Below, piece after piece: positions 36,604 through 46,500 of a stretch of DNA of 64,000 nt (its first letter is position 1; each line of letters begins with the position of its first letter). The DNA lies in the NCBI GenBank assembly GCA_039715075.1, contig JBDLIC010000003.1:7-64006 (forward strand), written 5' to 3'. This DNA is from Nitrospirota bacterium. Its GTDB lineage: Bacteria > Nitrospirota > Thermodesulfovibrionia > UBA6902. The position numbers were made by a program, and so were the translations under genes. The notes beneath the pieces are model-generated. The model searched no databases and had not been told where the DNA came from. It worked only from the letters and a program-made list of their open reading frames with translations.

Positions 36604-37443
36604 TTACCTCCTGACAGAAATTTCCCGTATTTTCTCTTCAACATCATCAATTATCCATTGGGGCGTTGAAGCTCCACCTGTTATACCGATGCTTTCGGCC
36701 TTATCAAACCACTCATCCTTTATTTCATCGGCAACTTCTATGTGATGTACTATAGCACAAACTTTTTTTGAAAGCTTGACAAGCTGATTTGTATTTGCGC
36801 TGTTCTTGCCCCCGACTATGATCATCAGGTCGACTTTTTCTGCAACTTTTTTTGTTTCCCTGACCCTTTGGGTCGTTGAGTCGCAGATCGTATTATAAAT
36901 CTTAACTTCCCTTGCCGAACTGATTACCTGTAACACAACCTCCCTGAATGTATCAAATGATTGTGTTGTCTGAACAATTATACCAACTTTCTTTTTTAAA
37001 TGTGTTAAATTTTCAGCATTACCGGCTACTATGGCATCTTCTCCGGAAAAACCGATCAGTCCCTGGACCTCGGGATGAAGCCTGTCCCCTATAATAAGTA
37101 CCTGATACCCCTCATCTTTCAGAGCTTTTGCATATTTCTGGGCTTTTTTTACAAAGGGACAGGTGGCGTCAATAACACTATATCCCATTTTTGATGTTTC
37201 AGCATATGTCTCCGGTCCTACGCCGTGGGTCCGGATTATTAAAGTTTTGATATCAGGGGAATAGAGATCAGTGCTTGCATTAACGCCTTTCTGTTCAAGT
37301 TCAGAGACAACCTGGGGATTGTGGATCAGCGGCCCATATGTGTAGATCCCTTCATTCCTGTCTCTGGCAAGATCAAAGGTAATATCGATTGCGCGTTTGA
37401 CGCCGAAACAAAACCCTGCTGTTTTAGCTATCGTTATTTTCAT
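36604..37443 (-). CDS. ispH: 4-hydroxy-3-methylbut-2-enyl diphosphate reductase
   Basis: GFCFGVKRAI, HNPQVV, TCPFV motifs. Confidence 0.9.
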   Translation of the reverse strand: MKITIAKTAGFCFGVKRAIDITFDLARDRNEGIYTYGPLIHNPQVVSELEQKGVNASTDLYSPDIKTLIIRTHGVGPETYAETSKMGYSVIDATCPFVKKAQKYAKALKDEGYQVLIIGDRLHPEVQGLIGFSGEDAIVAGNAENLTHLKKKVGIIVQTTQSFDTFREVVLQVISSAREVKIYNTICDSTTQRVRETKKVAEKVDLMIIVGGKNSANTNQLVKLSKKVCAIVHHIEVADEIKDEWFDKAESIGITGGASTPQWIIDDVEEKIREISVRR

Positions 37444-38056
37444 GAGTCTTTTTCAGTTCTCCTATGGCTGCCATAATTCTCTCACTAAGCTTTTCCTGGG
37501 CATTATGTTTGTTTTCTCCCTTATCAGAAGAGTCATAATACAGGGGGTTGCCGAATGTTACCGATATGTTAGCCCGTTTCAGCCACCTGGCTTTGGGGGG
37601 CAGCACTATGTTGGACCCTGTTATCAATGCAGGAACGACCGGGACCTTACTCATAGAGGCTATCATCACTATGCCCCGTTTTGCCTCCTGGAGTTCACCT
37701 GTTTCACTCCTTGATCCTTCAGGAAATATGACCAGAAGTTCACCATTTCTTAATCTTTTGATCGCCTCTTTTATTGTTGATGGACGGGGTTTTTCCCTGT
37801 CGACCGGAAAGGCGGCGGGTTTGATTATCGATCTGAGCACCGGGATTTCAAAAAGCCCTTTTCTGGCCATAAAGGTCACCCTGCGGGGAGCTACCGCTCC
37901 TATGAGAGGTGGGTCGAGATAACTGATATGGTTTGAAGCGATTATTACTCCTCCCTCAGGAATGTTCTCCTGGCCTTTGACAGTCAAACCGCCGTTGATC
38001 CGGAACACGCTTCTTATAAGCAGGGCGGATAAATTATAAAATGTACCGAAAAACAA
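37424..38056 (-). CDS. plsC: 1-acyl-sn-glycerol-3-phosphate acyltransferase
   Basis: NHISYLD (HX4D) and FPEGSRS motifs. Confidence 0.85.
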   Translation of the reverse strand: MFFGTFYNLSALLIRSVFRINGGLTVKGQENIPEGGVIIASNHISYLDPPLIGAVAPRRVTFMARKGLFEIPVLRSIIKPAAFPVDREKPRPSTIKEAIKRLRNGELLVIFPEGSRSETGELQEAKRGIVMIASMSKVPVVPALITGSNIVLPPKARWLKRANISVTFGNPLYYDSSDKGENKHNAQEKLSERIMAAIGELKKTHENNDS

Positions 38057-38060
38057 TTCT

Positions 38061-38714
38061 CTATTTCTCCTTCTTTAATTTTCCCATGATCCTCTCAACC
38101 ACCTCTTCTATAGTCAGGCTTGTTGAATCTATATCTATCATATCATCTGTTTTTTCCAGGGGAGAACTTTCCCGGGAAGAATCCCTTGAGTCCCTTTTTT
38201 TTATGTCTTCAATAGTCTGTTCTATTGTTATATCAGGGTCTTTAAGCTTCAGTTCCTCAAACCTTCTTCTTGCCCTTTCTTCTATGCCTGCATCAAGGAA
38301 AAACTTATTTTCCGTTTCCGGGAAGATAGTTGTGCCCGTGTCCCTTCCCTCAATTACAACCCTGCCTTTCATGCAGATGTCTCTCTGCAGGGGAAAGAGA
38401 CCTTTTCTTACAACAGGCCTGGCTGAAACCTTTGAACTTAATTCCCCGATTTCAGCAGTCCTGATCTCCTTCGAAACATCGATGGCGTCCACAAAGATCT
38501 TATCATCAGTGAATGTTATGCTGATTTGATCTAAAACCTTTTTGAGATCATTGTCACTTTCAGGGTCAATGTTTTCCTGTTTTGCCTTCCATGCAACAGC
38601 CCTGTAAAGGGCGCCGGTATCAAGGTAGCTGTAACCGAGTCTCTTTGCGACAATTCTTGCAACCGTTCCTTTACCTGACCCGGAAGGGCCGTCTATTGTA
38701 ATTACGTTTTTCAT
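38061..38714 (-). CDS. cmk: Cytidylate kinase
   Basis: ITIDGPSGSGKGT P-loop; start moved to MKNVITIDG because the upstream track codons lie in the repeat element. Confidence 0.88.
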   Translation of the reverse strand: MKNVITIDGPSGSGKGTVARIVAKRLGYSYLDTGALYRAVAWKAKQENIDPESDNDLKKVLDQISITFTDDKIFVDAIDVSKEIRTAEIGELSSKVSARPVVRKGLFPLQRDICMKGRVVIEGRDTGTTIFPETENKFFLDAGIEERARRRFEELKLKDPDITIEQTIEDIKKRDSRDSSRESSPLEKTDDMIDIDSTSLTIEEVVERIMGKLKKEK

Positions 38715-38726
38715 ATAAATACAATA

Positions 38727-38807
38727 GGGGTCGAGGATTCGAGGGGTCAAGGGTTCAAGTGAAAGACCTCTAACAAAGCTCCCTTGAACCCTCGAACCCT
38801 TGACCCC
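38727..38807. repeat. Palindrome built from 8-nt words (gaggattc/gaggggtc/aagggttc), family member 1
   Basis: ggggtcgaggattcgaggggtcaagggttcaagtgaaag ... cccttgaaccctcgaacccttgacccc. Confidence 0.85.
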
Positions 38808-38813
38808 TTTTTC

Positions 38814-40136
38814 TTACGTTTGTAATCCTTCCAGCATATCGATAAATCCCGGAAAGGAGGTATTCACACAATCCGTGTCAGTAACGACCGTCTCGCCGTT
38901 GGCAGTAAGCCCGGCTATTATCATGGACATGGCTATTCTGTGGTCCCCGTAACTCTGTACAGTTGCGGGGGACAGATCTTCTTGTCCCTCGATAACAAGG
39001 CCGTCATCAAGCTCTTTTATGTTAACTCCCATTTTTCTTAGTTCAGCGGTCATTGCCGCTATCCTGTCAGATTCTTTTACCCTTAGTTCCTGTGCCCCGG
39101 TTATCGTTGTTTTTCCTTCAGCCTTTGCAGCTGCAACGCAGAGTATCGGGAACTCGTCAATAGCACTTACAAATACGTCACTTCCAAAATCCTTGCCTGA
39201 GGTTACCCCTTTAAGGCTGCTATGTTTTACGCGGACATCAGCAACATGTTCCCCTGATTGCACCTGTTCGTTTTCGAGTTTGATATCAGCCCCCATTTTT
39301 TCAAGGATATTCAGGAGGCCGCTCCTCGTTGGATTTATTCCTGCGTTCCTCACGATTATCTCAGAGCCCGGGACAAGTAAACCGGCAACAATGAAAAAAG
39401 CAGCTGAAGAGAAATCTCCCGGTACGGTTATGTCCATGGGGTTGAGTCTGGCAATCCCTTTTACGCTTACCTTTTGCCCTGAAGTCGTGACCTCAACACC
39501 GGCAGCCTTGAGCATCCTTTCGGTATGGTCTCTTGACCTGACAGGTTCGAGTACAGATGTTTCTCCATTGCAGTAAAGCCCTGCGAGAAGCACCGCTGAT
39601 TTAACCTGCGCACTGGCAATCGGTGATTCATATGCCATTGGACTTAGATTCCCGCCTTTTATATTAAGGGGAGGGCGACCCCCTTCTTCTGAACTTATTT
39701 GTGCTCCCATCTTCGTGAGCGGGTCAATGATCCTCTGCATAGGCCTCTTCAGAAGAAACCTGTCACCCGTCAGCGTAGAAGAAAACGGCTGGCCTGCAAG
39801 CACCCCGCTCATAAGCCTCATCGTGGTCCCTGAATTCCCGCAGTCAACAGCCTCATCCGGCTGGCTGAGCCCCGTCAACCCGTTACCATTAATTATTATC
39901 TCATTATTCCGGATTCTGACTTCTGACTTCTGACTTCTGACTTCTATTTTAACTCCCATCTGCCTGAATGCCTCAAGCGTTCTCAGCGGGTCTTCTGCCT
40001 GCAGAAAATTTCTGACAACACTTTTACCTTCAGCCAGTGAAGAAAGCATGATCGCGCGGTGGGAAATTGATTTGTCCGGGGATGCGGTGATCTCTCCGCG
40101 TAAAGGGCCTTTATGTTTTATACTAATCTGACTCAA
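38814..40136 (-). CDS. aroA: 3-phosphoshikimate 1-carboxyvinyltransferase (EPSP synthase)
   Basis: Full-length AroA-like (LAEGKS, GNSGTTMRL, ELRVKESDRI). Confidence 0.92.
   Translation of the reverse strand: MSQISIKHKGPLRGEITASPDKSISHRAIMLSSLAEGKSVVRNFLQAEDPLRTLEAFRQMGVKIEVRSQKSEVRIRNNEIIINGNGLTGLSQPDEAVDCGNSGTTMRLMSGVLAGQPFSSTLTGDRFLLKRPMQRIIDPLTKMGAQISSEEGGRPPLNIKGGNLSPMAYESPIASAQVKSAVLLAGLYCNGETSVLEPVRSRDHTERMLKAAGVEVTTSGQKVSVKGIARLNPMDITVPGDFSSAAFFIVAGLLVPGSEIIVRNAGINPTRSGLLNILEKMGADIKLENEQVQSGEHVADVRVKHSSLKGVTSGKDFGSDVFVSAIDEFPILCVAAAKAEGKTTITGAQELRVKESDRIAAMTAELRKMGVNIKELDDGLVIEGQEDLSPATVQSYGDHRIAMSMIIAGLTANGETVVTDTDCVNTSFPGFIDMLEGLQT
39914..39946. repeat. Heptamer tandem repeat (ttctgac x4.7) inside the aroA coding sequence
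   Basis: ttctgacttctgacttctgacttctgacttcta; encodes IEVRSQKSEVRIR on the minus strand. Confidence 0.95.
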
Positions 40137-40977
40137 CTAACTTTTTTGCCTCTTTTGCCCTTTTGAATTCTTTCTCGAGACCTGTCCAGTCCGATGCTTC
40201 TATAAAATCTGTCATCTTTGCTATTGAAGAGGAGAACTTTTTGAGGGTTTTCAGCAACTCTTCTCTGTTGCAGGCGCATATGTCCCTCCAGAGCTCTGTG
40301 GGACTCAGTGCAATTCTTGTCATATCCTTAAGCCCTTTGCCCCCGTGTTGAAGTATGTTATCTTCTACATCCGAAATGGTATTTACCAGCGCATAAGCAA
40401 CAACATGCGGAAGGTGGCTTACTGCAGCGAACACGAGATCGTGATGTTCGGGACTCATGACTACGGTATCTGTCCCGATGAAATTCCAGAGGTCGATGAC
40501 CTTAATAAGGGCATCCCTGTCCGTATTATCATTCGGGGTGATGATACATCTGGCATTATCGAACAGGTCTGCGGTTGCTGCATCAACACCTGAGCACTCT
40601 TTGCCTGCAATGGGATGTCCTCCTACAAAGTGCACTCCATCAGGGACCAGGTTCTCTATCTGCTTCATGATCCCGGCTTTTACGCTTCCTACATCAGTTA
40701 CTATCGTACCGGGGGCCAAATCATCCTTTATGCTCTTCATGATTTGCTCAAAGTAGCCTGCTGAGGAGGCAAGAAGGACGAGGTCCGCGTCTTTTATCCC
40801 TTCAGCATGGAGCGTAGTATGAGCATCGATAACACCCATGCCTTTTGCCTTCAGGAGGTTGTTTTCATTTCTGCCTATCCCGGTTATCCTGCCGTTAAAG
40901 CCGCGTCTTTTTAATGCGAGGGCAAAAGAACTGCCGATAAGCCCGACACCTATAATTGTAATGTTTTTAAAATCCAT
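40123..40977 (-). CDS. tyrA: Prephenate dehydrogenase
   Basis: IIGVGLIGSSFALAL Rossmann motif, GGHPIAG; 14-nt overlap with aroA. Confidence 0.88.
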   Translation of the reverse strand: MDFKNITIIGVGLIGSSFALALKRRGFNGRITGIGRNENNLLKAKGMGVIDAHTTLHAEGIKDADLVLLASSAGYFEQIMKSIKDDLAPGTIVTDVGSVKAGIMKQIENLVPDGVHFVGGHPIAGKECSGVDAATADLFDNARCIITPNDNTDRDALIKVIDLWNFIGTDTVVMSPEHHDLVFAAVSHLPHVVAYALVNTISDVEDNILQHGGKGLKDMTRIALSPTELWRDICACNREELLKTLKKFSSSIAKMTDFIEASDWTGLEKEFKRAKEAKKLVESD

Positions 40978-40989
40978 AATATTAAAAAA

Positions 40990-41086
40990 GGGTTCCAGGA
41001 TTCAAGGATCCAAGGGTTCAAGTGAATTTTTTTGTACGTTTTCTTTTTTCACTTGACCCCTTGGATCCTCGACCCCTTGAATCCTC
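40990..41086. repeat. 8-nt-word palindrome, family member 2
   Basis: gggttccaggattcaaggatccaagggttcaagtgaa ... ttcacttgaccccttggatcctcgaccccttgaatcctc. Confidence 0.9.
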
Positions 41087-41154
41087 AATACATAAGGTTC
41101 AAAATGAAGAACAATAATTATAAATAAACTGAATGAGAAAATTCCTGTATTTAT

Positions 41155-42231
41155 TTATGGTATAAATTTCCTTAATGCTGCTATAAGTTTTTTATTTTCA
41201 TCAGGAAGACCGATAGTTACCCTGATCTCTGAAGGGCCCATTGGCCTGACAATTATGCCTTCTTTCAAAAGGGAATTATAGAGCCCGGCAGAATCAATCT
41301 TTTCTAAAGAAATATATATGAAGTTTGCTTCGGTAGGCACATAACCGAGTTTCAGCTCTGCAAATTCTTTGTAGAGGTACTTTTTCCCCTCCTCATTGAT
41401 TCCCACTGTTTTTTCGAGATGTTCTTTGTCAGAAAGTGCTGCAATTGCGGCTTTCTGAGCCAGTGAATTAATATTGAAGGGCTGGCGGATTTTATTCATT
41501 TCAGTGTTTATAGCAGGCTGCGAAATGCCGTACCCGATTCTCAGTCCGGCAAGGCCGTATATTTTAGAGAAGGTCCTCAAAATTAAAATATCTCTCCCCT
41601 GTTCAAGGTATTTCATGCTGTCAGCATAGGCGGGCGACATCACATACTCGTAATAGGCTTCATCGACTATAACCAGTATGCTGTCAGGGACCTTTTCCAT
41701 AAATGAATCAAACTCTGCCTTTGAATTGATTGTACCCGTGGGATTATTCGGGTTTGCTATAAAAATGATCCTGGTGCTGTCTGTTATTTTTGATGCCATC
41801 TCATCGAGGTCATGGCAGTAATCCTTTAACGGAACAATAATGTTTCTGCCCCCGGCAGCCTGGACAATAGTCGAGTAAACTACAAAGGATGGGTGTGCCA
41901 TTATTGCTTCATCTCCGGGACTAATAAAAGTCCTGACAGCGAGTTCAATGATTTCATTGGAACCGTTCCCGAATATGAGGTTGTCAGGATTGACCCGGAG
42001 CTTCTCTGATAATGCATTCTGCAGATAATAACAGCTCCCGTCAGGGTACCTGTTCAGGTCATCCAGATTATTGCGCAGGACCTCGACAGCAAGAGGCGAG
42101 GGCCCTGCCGGATTTTCATTGGAAGCAAGTTTAATTGAATCCGAGATCCCTAGCTCCCTTTCGAGTTCTTCCACCGGCTTGCCCGGGACATAGGGCTTGA
42201 TAGTGTTTATATGTTCAGGAGAATGGATCAT
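41155..42231 (-). CDS. hisC: Histidinol-phosphate/aromatic aminotransferase
   Basis: Class II aminotransferase pattern (SNENP, TFSKIYGLAGLRIGY); start moved to MIHSPEH because the upstream track codons lie inside the repeat. Confidence 0.85.
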   Translation of the reverse strand: MIHSPEHINTIKPYVPGKPVEELERELGISDSIKLASNENPAGPSPLAVEVLRNNLDDLNRYPDGSCYYLQNALSEKLRVNPDNLIFGNGSNEIIELAVRTFISPGDEAIMAHPSFVVYSTIVQAAGGRNIIVPLKDYCHDLDEMASKITDSTRIIFIANPNNPTGTINSKAEFDSFMEKVPDSILVIVDEAYYEYVMSPAYADSMKYLEQGRDILILRTFSKIYGLAGLRIGYGISQPAINTEMNKIRQPFNINSLAQKAAIAALSDKEHLEKTVGINEEGKKYLYKEFAELKLGYVPTEANFIYISLEKIDSAGLYNSLLKEGIIVRPMGPSEIRVTIGLPDENKKLIAALRKFIP

Positions 42232-42242
42232 AAAAAAATATT

Positions 42243-42351
42243 GAAGGGTTCGAGGATTCGAGGATCCGAGGGTTCGAGTGAACTGCAATATGTTATTCAA
42301 AGAATAACAGTTTTTTCACTTGACCCCTCGGACCCTTGACCCCTTGACCCC
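42243..42351. repeat. 8-nt-word palindrome, family member 3
   Basis: gaagggttcgaggattcgaggatccgagggttcgagtgaa ... ttcacttgacccctcggacccttgaccccttgacccc; inner hairpin tgttattc-aaa-gaataaca. Confidence 0.9.
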
Positions 42352-42356
42352 TTTTT

Positions 42357-43424
42357 TTATTCAGCTGAAGGATAAGACCCCAGCACCTTGAGATACAGGC
42401 ACTCTTTTGTGACCTCGTTAATGGCTTTCTTTACTCCCTTGTCTTCCATGTGACCCTCCATGTCCACAAAGAATATGTACTCCCATGCCTTTCTTCTTGA
42501 CGGCCTTGATTCTATCTTCGTCAGATTAATTTTATGCCTCGAAAATGAGCGTAATATGGAGTAGAGGGCGCCGGGCCTGTCTTTTATTGAAAACATGATC
42601 GCTGTCCTGTCCTTGCCGGTCTTTTTTGTTGACTCCTTTGCAATTACCAGGAAACGTGTGAAGTTTGTTTTATAGTCTTCGATCCCTTTTTCAATGAACT
42701 TGAGGTCATAGACTGAAGCGGCCAGTTCGCTCGCAACTGCAGCGGAAGATGCATCCTTTGAAACACGTTTGGCTGCAGCCGCTGTGCTGATCTCTTCAAT
42801 AACCGGTGTGTCCGGGAAGTTGTTCTCGAGCCAGTCCCTGCTCTGCGCCCTTGCCTGGGGATGGGAATAGATTTTTTTAACGTCCTTTTTCTTCCCGGTT
42901 TTTGATAAAAGGTTATGTGATATCTCGAGCGTTATTTCAAATGCAATTTTCAGGTCTGAATCTATCAGCATATCCAGCGTGTAATTGACGACACCTTCGG
43001 TCGAATTTTCAACAGGCACCACTCCATACTGCGACCTTCCCCTGTAGACTGCCTCAAATACCGCCTTGATCGTACTCTCGGGCAGATATTCCGTTGAAGA
43101 GCCGAACTGCCTTCTGGCAGCCAGGTGCGTGAATGTCGCGGATGGTCCCAGGTATGCGACTTTTAACGGCTGCTGCAGGGAAAGAGATGCGGAGAGTATT
43201 TCTTCATAAATATGTTTGAGGGCATCAGTCGGAAAAGGTCCCGGGTTGGTCTCTTTGAGCCTGTTAAGGATTTCCTTTTCCCTTTCAGGTGAATGTATAT
43301 TCAGGTTTTTTGTCTGCTTGGCCTTACCCACGTCAAGGGCAATATTCGCCCTTTTATTTAACAGGTCGAGTATCTTGTGGTCGATGTCATCGATCTTTAC
43401 CCTCAGTTTCTTTAAGTCGCTCAT
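42357..43424 (-). CDS. pheA: Bifunctional chorismate mutase / prephenate dehydratase
   Basis: N-terminal CM helix (LRVKIDDIDHKILDLLNKR), PDT domain, C-terminal ACT (ESRP). Confidence 0.9.
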   Translation of the reverse strand: MSDLKKLRVKIDDIDHKILDLLNKRANIALDVGKAKQTKNLNIHSPEREKEILNRLKETNPGPFPTDALKHIYEEILSASLSLQQPLKVAYLGPSATFTHLAARRQFGSSTEYLPESTIKAVFEAVYRGRSQYGVVPVENSTEGVVNYTLDMLIDSDLKIAFEITLEISHNLLSKTGKKKDVKKIYSHPQARAQSRDWLENNFPDTPVIEEISTAAAAKRVSKDASSAAVASELAASVYDLKFIEKGIEDYKTNFTRFLVIAKESTKKTGKDRTAIMFSIKDRPGALYSILRSFSRHKINLTKIESRPSRRKAWEYIFFVDMEGHMEDKGVKKAINEVTKECLYLKVLGSYPSAE

Positions 43425-43548
43425 AATTGCTTCGTGTGTGCTTGATACAGTGATTTTAAAGTGTTTTAATGAAAACTGGTATTGAAGGTTAATTTAGCAA
43501 TAAACATGAGTTTTTTCAAGGTATTAATTATTTTGTTTTCCTGGAGGG

Positions 43549-46500
43549 CTATTTAACGATTTTTACCAGAATGTCTCCGAAACCCGGCATTCCGGTCATG
43601 GGGGTAAGATTGTCAGGATCAAAGAACTCGTTAATATTGGTGGTGTATTCACTTACATTATTAATAAAACCGAGCCCCGATGCATTTTGTCCTCCCGGGC
43701 CAAAGGCGGTTTTTATGACACCCGGCATTATTTCTTCAGTAAGGTAAACCTTTCCCTTCATGCTTTTCCCGGAGGGGTTTTCAAGAGTAATGACATCTCC
43801 TTTTTTTATGCCCAGTTTCCTGCCGTCACTTTTGCTGATTGCCAGCACAGGGATGGATACACTTCCAGCCTTGAAACGGGGTTTCATATTCCCGGGAATC
43901 CCGTATTTTTCCCGGAACCCGCTATTTTCCGGTAATGCATATTCGAACCCGTTATTCATCGGCTTCATGCATTCCGTTTCTGTTTCAGCAAGATAAGGAC
44001 AGACTGCTGTCATTGTCATGGCATGGTGTACCCTGCCTGATATCAGCTGGAAAGGGTATTCATCTGTTATGTTTTTGAATTTCGGGTTTTTCGGGTTCCA
44101 CAAGCAGTCGCTCCAGTAGAAAGTCACAGGCAGGCCGGTCCCGAACTTTTTGTTAATATTTTCAATATAGCTGAATCTGAATTCAAACTTTTTTGAACCG
44201 GTTGCGGGATATAGCCCGGATGGATCGTTGTTTGATTTTTTATACCGGTAATAACCTGCGGGCCATACTGCTACTCCATTATTTTTCCTGAGCCAGTCGA
44301 CTGTAAGCAGTGTGCCCTTTTTAATGACCTTCTTTCCCCACACGGCCGCGGGATTATCCGGTGTACCTACTATTAAGCATCCTTCAGGAAGGTCGGGATA
44401 GGGTAGAGGCCGGCCCAAATTGAAAAATCCCGGCGCCTCGCTTAATATCTCATTTATGAAATCTTCTTCGTCTTTATACCTTCCGGCAAAATCTTCAATC
44501 CTGATATCATGATCTCCATTTTTTATAAGGGCGTCCGAGAGCGTTATCATAAATTCATAAGGGGTCTTTGATTCATGGAGAGGCTTGATGACCTGGTCCC
44601 TTACAGCTATTTCCGGACTCATTGTGTAGACATCGCTCACGCCCATTCTCTCAAGGAAACCGGCATCGGGCAGGATAATGTCAGCATATTTGCCGGAGAC
44701 TGTGATGTGGGTGTCTGTGAACACCATCAATTCAAGAAGGTATTCACCATTTTCATCCCTGGCCGTCAGTGCGTCAACCCAGTCCGGGGTGCTGCCGGCT
44801 GTTATAACAGGGTTGCCTGCCCTGGTTATAAAAGCTTTGGCAGGATAGCTTAGGCCTTTAAAGGGGCCGTGTTTCAGTTTGGTCCCTTCCCTGATCTTTT
44901 TGGGAAGGTCTGCCAGCACCCCTTTCCATGCTGCGGGATATTCACCATACATGTCCTTGTTAAGCTCTGACAGTTTTCCGGAAACTTCATTGCCGTCAAC
45001 ATTTCTGCTGACAGTGTTTTCGAGGAAATGTTTTCCAGTGGTCCTGTTCCCCTTCTTTGCTTTTTGAGAATCTATGAAGACCAGGCCGCCCGGAACATCA
45101 ACGTTTCCTGTGATCAGGCAGAGTGCTGTCATGAGTATTGACGTGACATCACCATTCGTATGGTGCGCAGTGCCATGCATCCCTATTTCAATGGCAGCCG
45201 GTTTTGTAATGCCGAAGAGGTGGGACACCATTTTTATCTTTTCCGCTTGTATGCCTGTTTTTTCTTCCGCCCATTCCGGAGTGAAAAAGTGCATTTCGTT
45301 GGCAGGGTCAATATTTTTTGAATGGTCGAGAAATGCTGTCTTAAATTCTTCCCAGCCGACAGTATACTTTTTAATGAAATTATGGTTTAAATATTTCCGT
45401 TCAGGATCTGAAGAAGAGTCCTCACTGATAATACAGTAAAGCATTGCCGCAAGCAGTGAGGCATCTGCTCCGGGTATGATCGGGAGCCACAGGTCCGCAT
45501 GGGCCGCTGAATTGGTATAAGCAGGGTCGACCACTATATACTTGCAGCCGTTCTCTTCCCTGGCAGCAGGGATTCCGCGGGACATATAATTGAAACGGGT
45601 AGCAACGAGGGGGTTTGTCCCTATGTTGAGAAGCAGTTTTATGTCATGACTTTCTTTGAGATGCAGTTCACCTTCTTCATTTCTTATAAGAAACGGTCTC
45701 TGTATGTCAGGAAGCGGCCTCTCGTCACCTGTCATTATTCCCTGTCCCCACTTACGGTTGGGGTCGCATATGCTTCCGTGGTTATAGGTGTTTGGAGTGC
45801 CGAACGCATGGAACAGCCTGTAGTATGCTTCCCTGTCAGTAACATCGCCGCAGTCCATGAATACAGACTCAGCTCCGTATTTCTTTTTTATTTCTATCAG
45901 CTTTTTTGCAATGTAATCCGCTGCTTCATCCCAGGTGATTTCTTCCCACTTATCTTCCCCCCTGCTGCCGGACCTTTTTAAAGGAGTCTTTATCCTGTGG
46001 GGAGAGTATGTGAGCTGCAGGCCTGATGCGCCCTTTGCGCAGAAGGCCCCGTTATTAATTAATGAATGTGGGTTGCCGTAGATTTTTTTTGCCATGCCGT
46101 TTTCAACTACAACCGATATGCCGCATTCGGACGGACACATGGCATCTGACGTATAGACTGTTTTTGATTCTTCCGGCCTGACTGAAGATGGAGCAGACTT
46201 AATGCGTCTGGTGGAAGGGCCTTTGGTTACTTCATGGTTTTTTAATGATGTGTGATCAATATCTTTTTTTGATATATAAAAAACAGACGGACTTGTTTCC
46301 AGTTCAGGATTGAGGACTTTCAGCTGTTGTTTATTCATTTCAGTACTGATGCTGCTTTTTGGATCATTAATATCACCAAACAGGAGCGCCTTTCCCATGC
46401 AGCTCTGCACGCAGACAGGGCTTTCCCCGTTTTGCACCCTGCTGCAGCAAAAGTCGCACTTTTCAGCTTGTCCAGTAGCATGATTAATTTCAATCGCATC

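Noticed and set aside
43425-43548. Phe-rich leader peptide or attenuator upstream of pheA
   Set aside because: Only a 6-codon ORF (MFIAKL) with a single Phe, and no alternative terminator/antiterminator hairpins are visible.
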